DNA of 63,501 bases, filler included, from Diploschistes diacapsis (taxonomy: Eukaryota): assembly GCA_023645945.1 (NCBI GenBank). It is 24 parts of 24 records of this genome, joined end to end, with 100 filler letters (N's around TTAATTAATTAA, not from the genome) between each part and the next. Parts side by side here need not be neighbours in the genome. Positions count along the whole stretch, not along the records: positions 1 to 1,679 come from JALAIB010002736.1; positions 1,780 to 3,456 come from JALAIB010002737.1; positions 3,557 to 5,232 come from JALAIB010002738.1; positions 5,333 to 7,008 come from JALAIB010002739.1; positions 7,109 to 29,951 come from JALAIB010000274.1; 19 more parts are not named here. One strand, written 5' to 3'. The position numbers and the translations under genes are program-made. Of this stretch, positions 1-12,231 are shown one piece after another (within the stretch, counting starts at the first letter, position 1; every line of letters starts with the position of its first letter). The notes under the pieces were generated by a model. That model was not told the DNA's origin. It was given only the letters and a program-made list of their open reading frames with translations, and searched no databases.

Positions 1-1000
1 ACGTAATACGATAGTTTCCGTGGAATAACTCGTAGTCGTAGATTTTATTATTTTAAAAAAGACCTTTCATTATTAATTTATTAATTATTTCCGGCGTTTC
101 GATTACGACGAATAATAAATTTACTTTTTTTCCGTTTATTAGGATTCGCTTTTTTTATATTATTCGACGTATTATATTTTTTAAATTCGGGTTTATTTTA
201 TTAATAATATATACCGCCGCGTTTTATTCCGTAATATTTATAAAACTTATCCGTATCTTATACGTCATTATTATAAATTCTTTTCGTACTATTTTCGTCT
301 TTCGTTTAAATACCGTTATTTATTTTTTTACTTTCTCGGTTTCGTTTTTTGCTTCTTTTTAATCTATTACGAATCTTACGTTCCCATTAGGGAGCCGTCG
401 GGCTATAATAATATTCTTTATTTTAGTTTTTTTCGCGTTCGTTATTAGTTCGGGTCTATTCCGTTGTTTTCTCGCTTATATCTTATTTCTTAGCCGAATT
501 ATAACCTTTTTAGTCGTTCTTTTTAGTATTTTTATTACTCTGTTCTTTTTCTCGGGGGTGGAATCTATCATTTAGGCCTAATTTTTGTTTCCGGTGTTGC
601 TGCGGTTATTTTTTTATTTTTTTATAGTTTCCTATATCGCTTTTATATTTTCTTCGATCGTGTTCAGTCTTTCTTTTAATTTTAACGCGTTTTTTCTGCG
701 GTTAAATTCCGGCGCGCCGGCGCCGTTTCTGCGTATCGTTTTCGTTATTATAGTTTAAAATTGTATTAATCTTTCGTTTTATTCTGTTTTCACGTATGTC
801 TCGATTGTTTATATTACGTTTTTTAATTTATTTTTCGCGTTCGAGCTCCTCGTCGGCTCGCATACGCGGTCTTGTTAGAAATAAGACGCGTCACGACGCG
901 ACTTTCTTCTTCTTTATTGCGTCGTTGCTATCTCTTCGTTATTCAATCAATCGATTTTTGAATGATTAATTTTAAAGAACGTAAAAGACGTTTAATCTTT
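1..1000 (-). mobile_element. RIP-degenerated transposon fragment, possibly LINE/Tad-type ORF1
   Basis: AT-rich, TpA-rich and CpA/TpG-poor, with K/E/R-rich coding-like remnants on the minus strand. The family call is weak. Confidence 0.3.
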
Positions 1001-1059
1001 TTTAGGATTCGTTGAATTTTACCGATAAATATATCTCAATAGAAATATATCTATTTTAA

Positions 1060-1468
1060 CTATTAACCTAACACGGATATTATATTTTTATAAATTTATT
1101 AACACGGATACTATATTATAATAAAAATATAAAAACACTTTTTTTTTTTAATATTTTTAAAATTATTACGTTTATTTCTTACGTTTTTATTTTTTAAAAA
1201 TTATTTTTAAAAACACGGCCACGGACACGGACATCGTAATTAAAAATTTTAAAACACGGATATTAATACGGACATTATATTATAGTAAAAGCACGGACAC
1301 GGATATTATAATTAAAAATTTTAAAACATTAATACTAATACGGACACTATATTTCCGTAAAACCACGGACACGGACATCGTAGCTAAAAAATCTAAAACA
1401 CGGATACTAACACTGTTAGTGTCCGTGTCACTGACACGGCCGTGTCAGTGTCAGTGACGGCCAGCCTA
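1060..1468. mobile_element. hAT-like MITE (TAGGCTGGCCGT family), partial
   Basis: ACACGG arrays ending in GTGACGGCCAGCCTA at 1468. Confidence 0.85.
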
Positions 1469-1679
1469 TTTTAAATAACGGTCGAGCATATATAATTCAT
1501 CCTTCATCTCCCGTATCGTCTCGGGATTTTTATTTAAAAGAATAATTTAGAAACGATCGGCCAACTTTTTTCTAATATCCAGCATTTAATCCTTTTCGAG
1601 GATCCTTATTTCGATTACGAATGCCGTGAACTGAATTAAAAATTCGTTGAATTTATTATCACTCTATTATAATTTCCGA

Positions 1680-1779
1680 NNNNNNNNNNNNNNNNNNNNN
1701 NNNNNNNNNNNNNNNNNNNNNNNTTAATTAATTAANNNNNNNNNNNNNNNNNNNNNNNNNNNNNNNNNNNNNNNNNNNN
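1680..1779. other. Artificial contig linker N44-TTAATTAATTAA-N44; 23 copies, others starting at about 3457, 5233, 7009, 29952, 31727, 33500, 35273, 37046, 38818, 40589, 42360, 44129, 45897, 47663, 49427, 51189, 52950, 54711, 56471, 58230, 59988, 61746
   Basis: Identical N-flanked 12-mer giving stops in all six frames. The short contigs between linkers fall steadily from ~1677 to ~1658 bp. Confidence 0.99.
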
Positions 1780-1932
1780 CCATAATATTCCATAAGCTTC
1801 GATGATATTTTATTATGTTCTGAATATTTTAGAACCTTCTAGAACCTTCCAGAATATTTAAACATACTAAAGGCTTAGTCAACAATCTGACTAACCTATT
1901 TAGGTTCGTATTCTGACAGGTTGCATTCAGTA

Positions 1933-1972
1933 ACGTGTTTGACGGGGACCTCGGCCACCCTTGGAACTCGGT
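1933..1972 (+). mobile_element. Isolated Fot1/pogo-type terminal inverted repeat
   Basis: TA followed by ACGTGTTTGACGG...GGCCACCC, the same TIR as at 49119, 49887, 61059 and 61141. Confidence 0.6.
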
Positions 1973-3130
1973 TCTATTAGATTATGACGGTTACCATTTT
2001 ACAGTTTGTATACATAACCATATCGTCGTAGTTAATATTTAATCGATTATAGTCGAATTTATCTTGTATTTCTTTATTTTTCTCGATTTTGAAATCTCGA
2101 CCACGTCTTTTCTGGATTACAAATCCTTTTAAACCGATTCAATTGATATTAATTCCAGTACAGTTATTCTAGCCGAAATCTTTTGATTCTTACACTAGCG
2201 TACCAAAGAAAGTAGGTACTCCAATTCTTTATGAGATCATCATATATTTATTATAAGTACCTCATTTTCCTCAGCCACATCTGTTTACCTCTTTACTGTC
2301 CTAATATCCCTTTTTCTTTTTCTTTACAGCCATTTTTCAATAATGCGATCGCGTTTATAAACGTTTTAGTTCGCACCCATTAATCTCTATTAAACACATC
2401 AAAGTTTATAAATTAATATAATGACAGATCAACACCTTTCACGCCTACTTACCCCCGTCATCGCCGCAATCCCTTCGCCCTCGCCTACCCCCTCCGACGC
2501 GATCGCCGACCCACAAAAAAACGGTCGAATCAAGCACTTTCGATACCGACGCTAGCGTAAGCAACAGACGAAAAAATACCTGTCGTCGCTAAAAAAAATT
2601 GATTCGGAATACCGTCGCGGATATCGCAAGACAGCTACGCAAGAATTACGAAAAGATATAAAAAAGATACCGTAAGCTTAAAGACCTAAAACGAAACTCA
2701 ACTCCGCCGGCAAGGAGTTATTAAATCGCAGATAGCGCGAAAGAAAGAGAAATTAACTAAAGATTAAACGGTAATATCGCAATACCACTATAAATTAACG
2801 ACATAACCGAGGACTGAAAACAACGGCGAAAAAATCGACGATAAAAAACACGTTAAATATTAAAAGAATTTTCATAAAATTAAACGTTATATCGCGTTTA
2901 TGTTTCTATTTATATATGAATTTACTCTTTATATAACTTTATTTTTATATTTAATTTTTATAAAAATTCGTTTACTGAGAAGATACTTTAAATCATATAT
3001 AAATAACTAATAAACTTAAATATATCGAATATGGGACTATTCCGCCACACCAACATCCTCCGCCGCATGCTAAAATAAATAACCGCAAATATTTTGGTCA
3101 GAATAACTGCACCCATTAATTCGCGTCATT

Positions 3131-3250
3131 TGAGACAGCCCAGCCCAGGGGCCTGCCAAGCCACGGCAGGGTCAATGCCTAGGTGCTTGCCAAGACACGG
3201 CAGGGTCAGGGGGTGGTTGTGTAGACGGGTATTTCCCGAACCCCGATAAG
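3131..3250 (+). mobile_element. Gypsy LTR family A, 5' part with 34-bp repeats
   Basis: Starts TGAGACAGCCCAG. Reverse complement of the LTR ends at 36420, 42291 and 57704. Confidence 0.75.
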
Positions 3251-3556
3251 TCTGGTATTTATATTATTTAACGATACATTTTTTTATTTAGATAATTTCT
3301 TCTTTAATTTTTTAAATCGAAGTTTTTTTTCAATAAATGTTTAATTATACGTAATTCTTTCGAATTAAGTCTAGTTTCCGGTAATATAATATCCTATTCT
3401 TGCGCTGACGTTTTATATTCGAAAAATTAATTTTATTTTCGTACTTATAACGAAAGNNNNNNNNNNNNNNNNNNNNNNNNNNNNNNNNNNNNNNNNNNNN
3501 TTAATTAATTAANNNNNNNNNNNNNNNNNNNNNNNNNNNNNNNNNNNNNNNNNNNN

Positions 3557-3702
3557 ACTATGGGGAGCCTGGGAGGAGGGGTGCAGGGGTTAGCGTGGTC
3601 GGAGGTGGATTGTGTTTGGGAGAATAGAGAGGAGATTGCGTACGGGACGATGTGTGGGCCTTTCCAGACGGAGCGCTTAAGGAGGGAGAGGGAGGGGCGC
3701 AT
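3557..3702 (-). CDS. RSM19: Mitochondrial ribosomal protein uS19m, 5' part (exon 1 3702-3644, intron 3643-3569, exon 2 cut by contig end)
   Basis: MRPSLSLLKRSVWKGPHIVP|LPIV contains the S19 RSxWKGP motif. Intron reads GTACGC...GCTAAC...CAG. Confidence 0.85.
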
Positions 3703-3880
3703 TGTGTGAGAAGTGGGCTTACAGCGTTGTTGTTAAAACTGAAGCTCAGAAAAGGATGATAATATAACATAAAGATATGCAATGCTTTGTGCAGTAGCCA
3801 TTATTATTATGTTCAACATTCCCACCTTAGTACACAGTACCTATCTACCTACATATCAAGTATTAAGGCCCTCATTCTTC

Positions 3881-4160
3881 CACTGTAATGGTCGAGAGGA
3901 ACCAAACCCATCATCCAACATCCGCTACTCCCTCACTCTGCCTCTTGGCGGACGTAGGACCGGGTGCCCAGTTCGAGCCCTGCGGAAGTCGTTCCAACTC
4001 GCTTGGGTAACCAGCGATTGCTTGGCGGCTCTAAGCAATGGAGATGATACTTGAGGGAAGCAATTCTGCAGAGGCTTCTCCACCGTCGGGCGGCGATTTC
4101 TGCTGGATTACATCCGCCTGCGCGGGAATACGGGCGTTGGCGGGGCAGGTGACTCTTTTT
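3881..4160 (+). ncRNA. SCR1: Signal recognition particle RNA (fungal 7SL/SCR1 type)
   Basis: Fungal Alu-domain 5' motif CTGTAATGG. Helix-8-like GAGG-GAA-GCAA-TTC-TGCAG with a GNRA loop (~4053-4071). CCAAC near the 5' end can pair with GTTGG near the 3' end. Ends in a T5 Pol III terminator; length ~280 nt. Confidence 0.85.
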
Positions 4161-4468
4161 AATATTCAGTATTTATTTTATTTGGATTTTTACACCCTTT
4201 TGCAAGTCGTTCGTCGTCGCTTGCTTCTTGATGATAGGATGGAGATAGGATGGAGAATGAATGAGAAGACCTTTTTTCTTCTTCTTTTCTTATTCAACGG
4301 AAGGACTTACTCACTTAGGTCAGGTAGCAATAGAGCCGGTGCGTGCATGCTTGGTTGTTCTACACGCACTTAGCTTTGGAAGGGTGTATTTGTATGTATG
4401 TATACTCATATATGGCATTGGAACTTTGGGTTGCCAATCTTAAACCAGCAGCTGCAGAATATTAAGTT

Positions 4469-5232
4469 TTACTGCACAAGCACTTGCTGACCAGCTTGGA
4501 AAAGAGCATCCTCAATCTCATGGAAATCCTTTGCCCACCAAAGCGTTTTGCCACACTCACCTTCAAGTCCCCTATTCCCGCTCCTATATTCCGTAATAGG
4601 CAAGCATCTTACCGCACACCTCTCCAGAGCATCTTTCAATTCTACCTGCTCCCCTTTCCCTGCCTCATCATCTCGAATGCAAATTCCCACGTCTGCCTCA
4701 ATCAAGCACATGAGATCTGTCGGCGAATCGCCCACATAGACGCTGCACACTCTATTCCTACCATCCATACCGTCCCAACCGTCCGCTCTTATGTCACTCT
4801 CACCATAAAGCTGCTCTAGTACAGCTCTCATGACGTCCAGCTTATGCTTTGCCGTCCACAGGCCCGGCTTCTGGTTCGCCGCAGCGCCTTCAGGCCAGTG
4901 AATCCGATACTCGCCCTTATCAGCAGCGCCTCTAGTTCGACTCAGCCGCCCGCTGCCCGAGGGATCGATTTCGTTGGCCATGACCCGCAGGCGTGCCTTT
5001 TCCAGTAGCTCATCCGCCATCTTGATCGATCCTTCTGCTCCGCCTTGCTGCTCGCCATTCGCAGCGCCTCCGCGTACGAGACCCCGTCTCAAGACCTCCC
5101 TAATCCAACCCGCGCTCCAATTCACACTCAGCACGTCCACCCTTCCCTTCCCTTGCCCCTTTCCCTTTGTCATCCCATTATTCCCTTCCCCGACCGCTCC
5201 CTCTCTTTCTTTCGCAACCGCCTCCAAAAACC
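4469..5232 (-). CDS. HAD-superfamily phosphatase (thiamine-phosphate phosphatase/CTO1-like), C-terminal part; 5' end cut by contig edge
   Basis: HAD motifs VLSVNWS, ANEI, K and VYVGDSPTDLMCLIEADVGICI. Confidence 0.8.
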
Positions 5233-5436
5233 NNNNNNNNNNNNNNNNNNNNNNNNNNNNNNNNNNNNNNNNNNNNTTAATTAATTAANNNNNNNNNNNN
5301 NNNNNNNNNNNNNNNNNNNNNNNNNNNNNNNNCTTTAAATCTACTGATTTCAAAGAATAAGACAACGTACCGACTGTATAACGTCGAAAAAACGTTTTAT
5401 ATATATTTTTATTGAAGTCTACGCATGAAAACCACT

Positions 5437-6120
5437 TAGGCTGGCCGTCACTGACACCGCAATATCAGTATCAATGTTTTAGATTTTTTTAGCTGCGGTG
5501 TCCGTGTTCGTGCTTTTACTATAATGTAATATCCGTGTTAATGTCCGTGTTTTAAAAATTTTTACTACGATATCCGTGTTCGTGCTTTTACTATAATATA
5601 ATGTCCGTGTTAATGTCCGTGTTTTAAAAATTTTAGCCGTAGTGTCCGTGTTAATGGATTTATTGTAATATAATGTCCGTGTTAATATCCGTGTTTTAAA
5701 TTTTTTAATTGTAGTGTCCGTGTTAGTATCCGTGTTTTAAATTTTTTAATTACGGTATCCGTGTCCGTGGATTCATGGAAATGCAGTGTCCGTATTAATG
5801 TCCGTGTTTTAAATTTTTTAATTACGGTATCCGTATCCGTGGATTTACTGAAATATAATGTCCGTATTAATATCCGTATTTTAAAAATTTTAATTACGAT
5901 ATCCGTGTAGGCTGGCCGTCACTGACACTGATAGTGTCAGTGTCCGTGTTTTAAATTTTTTAGCTGCGGTGTCCGTGTCCGTGGATTTACGGAAAGGTAA
6001 TGTCCGTGTTAATATCCGTGTTTTAAAATTTTAATTGTCGGGTCCGTGTCAGTGTCCGTGTTTTGAAAATTTTTGCTGCAGTGTCCGTGTCAGTGACCGT
6101 GGCACGAAACGGCCAGCCTA
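5437..6120. mobile_element. hAT-like MITE, nested pair (second terminus at 5908)
   Basis: TAGGCTGGCCGTCACTG at 5437 and 5908, AAACGGCCAGCCTA at 6120, dense CCGTGT arrays. Confidence 0.9.
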
Positions 6121-7008
6121 ATTAACCCTGCCGTGTCTTGGCAAGCACCTGGGCATTAACCCTGCCGTGGCTTGGCAGGCACCTGGGCATTAACCCTACC
6201 GTGGCTTAGCAGGGCCCTGAGCTAGGCTATTTTACTACCCCCCTCTCCAGATGCTTGTGTCTCTTATAAACGCGATACTCTTTTTTAATTAATCTTTACT
6301 TCGATCTTCATTCCTTTTTCTAATTTATTTAAAAGCATACTCGTTATTCTTTCATAATAGATGTTTCTGCCTTTTTAAATCTCTTTTAGCGTCGTTTTTA
6401 ATTAAATACGTTTTTAGATTTTATAAAAGAATATGATCGTCGTAATAATCGATATCGCTTCATTTTACAAGTTCATTTTCGTTTATAGTTTTTATTAACG
6501 TAGGTTACCTGTCCCCGAGTATTATTAATCACGAAAATTTTACTTTTTCGGGATTTAATTAATAAAATTTTCGTAGGATCTCGAAGGTATTTTCGAAGTT
6601 AACGGCGAAATATTAGCTATCGTCGGTAAACTATCTTACCTAACGTATTTTATATTAAACGTTCATTCCTCGCTCGGGGCCTCTTTTGGCGCCGAGGATC
6701 TTTTCGATCTTTTATTCTTTTTCGTCTTTCGTCTTTATCGGGAGTGATTTAAGATACGTCTGTCTTTTTAAAAAATCTTACGGGTCTTTCGAAAATAAAG
6801 ACGAGTAAAAGGTTTTAAACTATTTTATCGACGTTAATAAATTTAATTTAAAATTCATATCGTTTATCTTTCGTAAAACGTTATAAGGGTCGTTTTATTT
6901 ATTATTTAATTTTTTATAAGCCCGGATGATTTTAATATTATATATATTTAATTAAATTGAATCGCCGAAATTGATTTCTTTAATATAACGTAGGTACTTA
7001 TCCGCGTA
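6121..7008 (-). mobile_element. Gypsy family A: part of 3' LTR (34-bp array), polypurine tract and RIPed 3' internal region
   Basis: GGAGAGGGGGGTAGT PPT next to the LTR start on the minus strand. Internal region homologous to 48314-49118. Confidence 0.75.
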
Positions 7009-7604
7009 NNNNNNNNNNNNNNNNNNNNNNNNNNNNNNNNNNNNNNNNNNNNTTAATTAATTAANNNNNNNNNNNNNNNNNNNNNNNNNNNNNNNNNNNN
7101 NNNNNNNNGTTGCAAGATGTGTGGGAGAGGAGGGTTGAGAAGGTATGGGGGAGTGGGGCAATTGGGGGATTTGGGAGGCACCGTGTGGATCGGTGAGTGG
7201 GTGACTGAATGACTGAGTGTGCTATGGCAGTTGGAAGTGGGCTTGAGAGACAAGAAGATTTGCTGGAGATGTCACGATGGCTCACAGCGAAGCAGCAACA
7301 AAGAACAGAAGCACCAGCTATCGCAGCCAACAGAAGACCATGCGCATATATTCCAGTAATAAACATCTATCTACTAGAAGCGAACTGGTCCAACATGCTG
7401 TGTTCAACTTTAAAACTCCAAAACCCAATTACAAACACAAGAATTAGAAATCATCATAAATGCAAGCGTCCCTCACCAACATGCCCCCTCGAACTCCAGC
7501 AGCAGCAGCAGTCTTTTGGTGTTAGAGAATGAGCGGATCCAGCCAAGCCCGTATCCACTCTCTCCCTTGTCATTCACCGTTCGCCATCACTCGTATACAG
7601 GCGC

Positions 7605-8332
7605 CTAGGCGATGGGGCCATGAGTGGGATGCGGGTGCGGGGGCTTGCCCGGCTTGCCCGGCTTACCGGGGTGGGGCGTCTTGGTGGGCTTGGGCTTGAC
7701 GATGAGGTCCGCGGCGTTCTGGGTGCCAGTCGGCTGGGGGCTGCTGCCGCCGCAGCCGGATTTAGCGCTGCTGGCTTCCTGGCAGAAGGCGGCCTCCTTC
7801 TGGCGGCGGCTGGTGAGCTCGCCATTGAGAGTGTCCGTCGTGGGCAGCGCGGAGCAGATGCCGGCGAAGTTGCTGGACTGCATGTCGGACTCGAAGTACT
7901 TCTGCACGCTCCCGCAGCCGGCGTTGTAGGTAAAAGATACCAGGGCGCCGTACTGGTTGGCGTTCAGGTTGGCCGCATTGGGCAGCGCGCACACGCAACT
8001 CTCGTACTCAGTTATGTCGGACTGGAGGAGGGTGGCACCCTGCGCGCGGGTAATGGGGGGGTGCAGGGAGGAGCAGCCGCCGCGCTCGACGCAGTCGTGG
8101 CCGAAACCTGGGGAGTTATGTCAGTAAGAAGGATGGGTCAGTGGACGAGTAAAGACGCACCGATGGTCTGGTGCCCGTTGATAGTGTAGAAGTTGGCGTT
8201 GAAACCTTCGAGCTGCTCGATAAGCGTCAGGGCACCCGCGTCGACGGGAGCGGCAGCAGAAGCAGCACGCTTCTCCAAGGTAGGAGCGGCCGCCGCGCCA
8301 ATGGCGAAGACAAGGACGGAGTTGACCTTCAT
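7605..8332 (-). CDS. Secreted GH24 (phage-type) lysozyme-like protein; intron 8160-8108
   Basis: Signal peptide plus LEKR Kex2 site. Motifs LIEQLEGF...YT...TIG|FGH, LNANQYGALVSFTYNAG and LTSRRQKEAAF. Intron GTGCGT...ACTGAC...CAG joins the two ORFs in frame. Confidence 0.88.
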
Positions 8333-9511
8333 GGTTGCTGTTGGCTGCGGTTAGTCCTGGAACGAGTGAACTGAATGAATGGAAGCTGCTGAAAACAGGC
8401 TCTGGAGCTGATGATGTGCTTGCTTACTAGAATGATGATTCTGGGGAGACGAGGAAAGGATATTATATAGCCGTCCGCAAGACCATTTCCTCCGCCAAGG
8501 TGTTCTAAGTCGAGCCCTATCGCCTTACTACTCCATGCGGAGTCACTAGGCTCGCTGTCAACGGCATTATCACGCTGTTGAGCTCTCAATAGCTAATGCC
8601 AGCGCGTTCCATCTAAGGCTCTCGCCTACACCATGCGACTCGCGTTGCTTCTGTTCATCTTTCGTCGGCAATGCAAGGAACCCTTTGGCGAACACTTCCA
8701 AGCGTGTAACGGTCACAAGCTGTTTTCATCGTGCAGCTTGGGGTGCATGACACTCAATAAGCGAAAGAAACGAGCACTAGATGAGCGAGCCGTACAAATA
8801 GGCGAGATGCGTTGCAATGATCGTCAGGAACATGGCTAGTTAGGGGACCAGATGGGGTCTGTACCTGTGTCTTGTTAGATCGTATCAAGTAGCGAAGGAT
8901 CCTTAGCCGCTTCTAGAAAAAGGGGGAAAAGCTACGATCTAGCCTGTTACGGCTAAAGGCCGATGAAACTAGTCCTCTTTTGGAAGCAGTAGCCATAGTC
9001 ACGTGAGAGCGTCGCATCGGGAAGCGGTGGCTTGTTAGTTAGTTGTTAGAGTCGTATAATGGACAAAGGCTGACGACTGACGTACGTTTCTGACACAAGC
9101 TTACGCCATTCCATGAGCGGTCAACGGAGCCTTAGAGCCCCTCTTGAGTGGCTATAAGCCAAGCCGTAAGGCTTCTTCCTGCTACAAACAAACGGTTCGT
9201 CTTGGTAACCGAGAGACTAAGGACTACCCGTTTGTTTAGGACCCCTTGAACTGACTTTGCTCACGTAGGAGCGCAGGCGTAAAGCGAAATAAAGGTTGGC
9301 AGGGTACAGACATTTTCAGGCTTCTCTATAGGGCAAAGAGTCGTCTCGTGGATGCAATGCTCGATTGCTATATTGAGCCCTTGACCGAGTAGATTGAAGA
9401 GCTTCTTGGTCTCGTAGTATTCGATAGGCGACAATGCTTCGTCATCGCGTAACTCCAACAAACTTCACTTGGTCCATATCTGCTGATCTTTGATCGTCTT
9501 CAGCAAGCGAC

Positions 9512-10351
9512 TCAAAACATTTCCTCAGTCTTCAGCCACAGCTTGAACCAATAGACTGCGGAATCAATCGATCGTCTCATGGCGGCCTTCGCCTTTGCGT
9601 CCTTCAAGTCCGCCTTCACCGCAAATCCATGGGCCACGCCCGGAAAGTACACATACTCGTACGGCACCCCCAGCGTCGGAATCACCTTGTTCGAAAACTC
9701 CTTGAGCTCCTCGGTATACACCGGATCGTGCTCGGACGACTGAATCTGCACGGGCACGCCAACAGCCTGTATCTCCTCCTTCGTCAACCACGACGGATGC
9801 GGGGTCGAAATGCAATCCACGAGCGGCTTCCCTTCAGGGTTGTGCTCCTTCGCACCCAGTTGGAAGACAGACCAGCCGCCGAAACAGTAGCCGATGGCGC
9901 CGACGCGCTTGTGATTTTTGCGGAGCTCGCGTGCAGCGTCGAGCATGGAGCCGCGGCGCTTCTCCTTGCTGTTGCGTTCGACGAACCCCTTGTGGAAGCT
10001 TTCCCACTTCCCACTAGTGAAGATATCGCTAGGGATGACTTCGCCGCCGAAGCTTACGTGGGGTTTAGAGAATGTCTCGTATATGCAGTGAGCACTTTGC
10101 GTCAGAGTAACTTACAAATCTGGAAGCACAACTCTCGCTCCTACTTGCTTCGCAAGGAAGTCTGAAATTAGGCGCAGGTTTGGAAATGTCCAGCCCCAGA
10201 TATCGTGAATGAGCAGTATCGCTGCATCAGCATCGGCCGAGCCAGTCACGTAGGCGTCCAGGCCAGCGAGTTTCGTCTCCTGCCCCGTGGGCTTGCCTTC
10301 CCAATCGAAGCGCGAGACGCAACAGTCGGAGAATTTGTCGCCTGAAGCCAT
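9512..10351 (-). CDS. Dienelactone hydrolase family protein; intron 10115-10053
   Basis: LIHDIWGW, VVLPDF|FGG, nucleophile motif GYCFGG, PGVAHGF. Confidence 0.92.
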
Positions 10352-10747
10352 TCTTCTTGTTGATCTCTTTACTTTAGTAATCTGTCTAGTAGAGAGCGCA
10401 GAAGAATAAGGGCATCGAGCAGGAGGTTTGAGGCAACGGGATGGTTATAAGGGGCTCCAGGTCCAGGAAGCAAGCTAAACGGTAGTGCTGATTTATAATC
10501 ATCGTATTTTTATCAAGCGGGCAGAGAAGCTGGGTAGAGTCGGCAACCTAACTACCCACCGGGATGCTGATGGTCACAATTCGAGCGTAAAAGAACCCGT
10601 GGTGGGTTTTGGAATTGTATAAATAAAAGGTAATGGTCGACATAGTAAAGAACACAAAAGTTTCGGGTTCCAAAAGGATGCCGAAATCCCCGAAATCCTC
10701 CACGACTCCCCTTGACCGCCTCTGCGCTAGAAGCAGCAGGCTATCGG

Positions 10748-11922
10748 TCATTTCGGGCGCTCAATGCGAGCGAACGTCTCCAACGTATGTTCCCAAACCT
10801 TCTCACGCAATCCCTTCTCCCTCATAGGTCCCAGAACCTCCTGCTTCCCAACCACACTCCCGTCCCACTTCAGAATATACGCACCACTGCCCCTAACTCC
10901 GTCACTGCCCGCGGCCATATCCTCCACCATATCTCCACCATGACCACCAGGCCCAAACAAGCTCGCAGTAGCGTTGAACAGGCTTCTCTCCCCACTTTCG
11001 CCAAGATCAAGCGCCAAAGGTGTGGCCAGAAACCCCACAATCTTCAGCAATGAGCGCAACAGGAAGCCACCGGCGTTCAGCTGGCTCGTCTTGACGAACC
11101 CGGGATACATGTGCACGAAAGCGACCTCGAGGTGCTCCTTGGCTAGCTGCTCGCAGGCAAAGTCGTTCATGACGCATGAGTGGGCGCCGACCGCCGAAAC
11201 AGAATAGGTCTTCTCCAATCCCAGGTCCTCCCCGGTGATAGGACGCTCGAATCCGCCCGAGAGGACAGATGTCACGCGAGCTAGGGATGCTGAAGAGGTA
11301 CCCCCGGCTTTGAGAAGAGGGAGAAGGTTGAAGACGAAGCGGTAGCGGCTGTAGTAGTTCAGGGCTAGTTTGCGATCCATGCCCTCTTCGGTTTCTTCAC
11401 GTCTGCATTAGATGGTGCCCAAACATAGGAACGATGGAAGTACCCTTCCGCCCGCCGAGGGGCAAGACGCCACAGGTAAGGAAGAGGAGATTGACGTGTT
11501 GCTCCATGGACTTGATTTTCGCGCATGCTCCGTCGACGTTCTTGAGCAGGCTGACGTCGGCTTGAATGAAATGGCATGTCGCTTTAGGATTCAAGTCCTT
11601 GGAGACCTCCATGATGATGTTTTGCGCAGCCGCATTGTTGCTTTGTGACAAAGTCAGTATCCATGCGGATTATGTCACCAAGGGCGATGACTTACCGGCC
11701 GACGATGTAGACCCTAGGCTGCACAGTGTTCTTGACGAAAGCCTTCAAGGTGCTCTCGCCAATCCCACTCGTACCACCGACTCCTTGAAATTAGCTCTTA
11801 CTTACCACTATACATACCATACAAGGGGCGCAGGAAGTTCAATCACCGAAGACAGCAACCAAGCCGGGGCCGGAATCCTTGAGTTTCATATTGGATCCGC
11901 GAACAACGTCGAGCGGAATCAT
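10748..11922 (-). CDS. Short-chain dehydrogenase/reductase, multi-exon
   Basis: MIPLDVVRGSN...LVAVF|VGGTSGIGEST Rossmann motif, RVYIVGR, FIQADVSLLKNVD, LNYYSRYRF, HMYPGFVKT. About three GT-AG introns. Confidence 0.9.
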
Positions 11923-12231
11923 GATTACGGAAGTAAGGATAAAAATATTGATGGAGCAGCGCAAAAGACTGAAGGAAGGTTGAAAGGTACACAAAAGAAA
12001 AGAGAGTGCTGAGTTGAGAGATCATCAACACAGATCCATAGTGTATCAGTCAGCGCTTTTATGACAAGCGAAATGATTTAGAAAGGATTGGAATCGGTTG
12101 GAAGTTTTCTCTGCGCTTCAGTAATTCCAACGATATGTGCCGTGTCCGCAAGCCACTAGGTTGGCAACTTGCAAGCCGTGTGAGACTCGAAAGCGTAAGG
12201 TATATCAACAACTATCAATGTATTCTATACG

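Noticed and set aside
1724..1735. Recurrent TTAATTAATTAA palindrome and ORFs ending in X-runs/LIN
   Set aside because: Artificial linker. ORFs running into it are artefacts or truncated genes.
5437..6120. CRISPR-like appearance of the ACACGG arrays and the 34-bp LTR arrays
   Set aside because: No unique spacers, no cas genes, eukaryotic context, and the arrays are bounded by TIRs or LTR termini.
7620..8189. Long antisense ORFs over real genes (also 9629-10165, 28805-29404, 58282-58969)
   Set aside because: Shadow frames caused by GC-rich codon usage on the coding strand.
9261..9461. 66-aa ORF downstream of the dienelactone hydrolase
   Set aside because: Non-ATG start, in-frame stop just upstream and no recognisable motif. 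At most a gene remnant.
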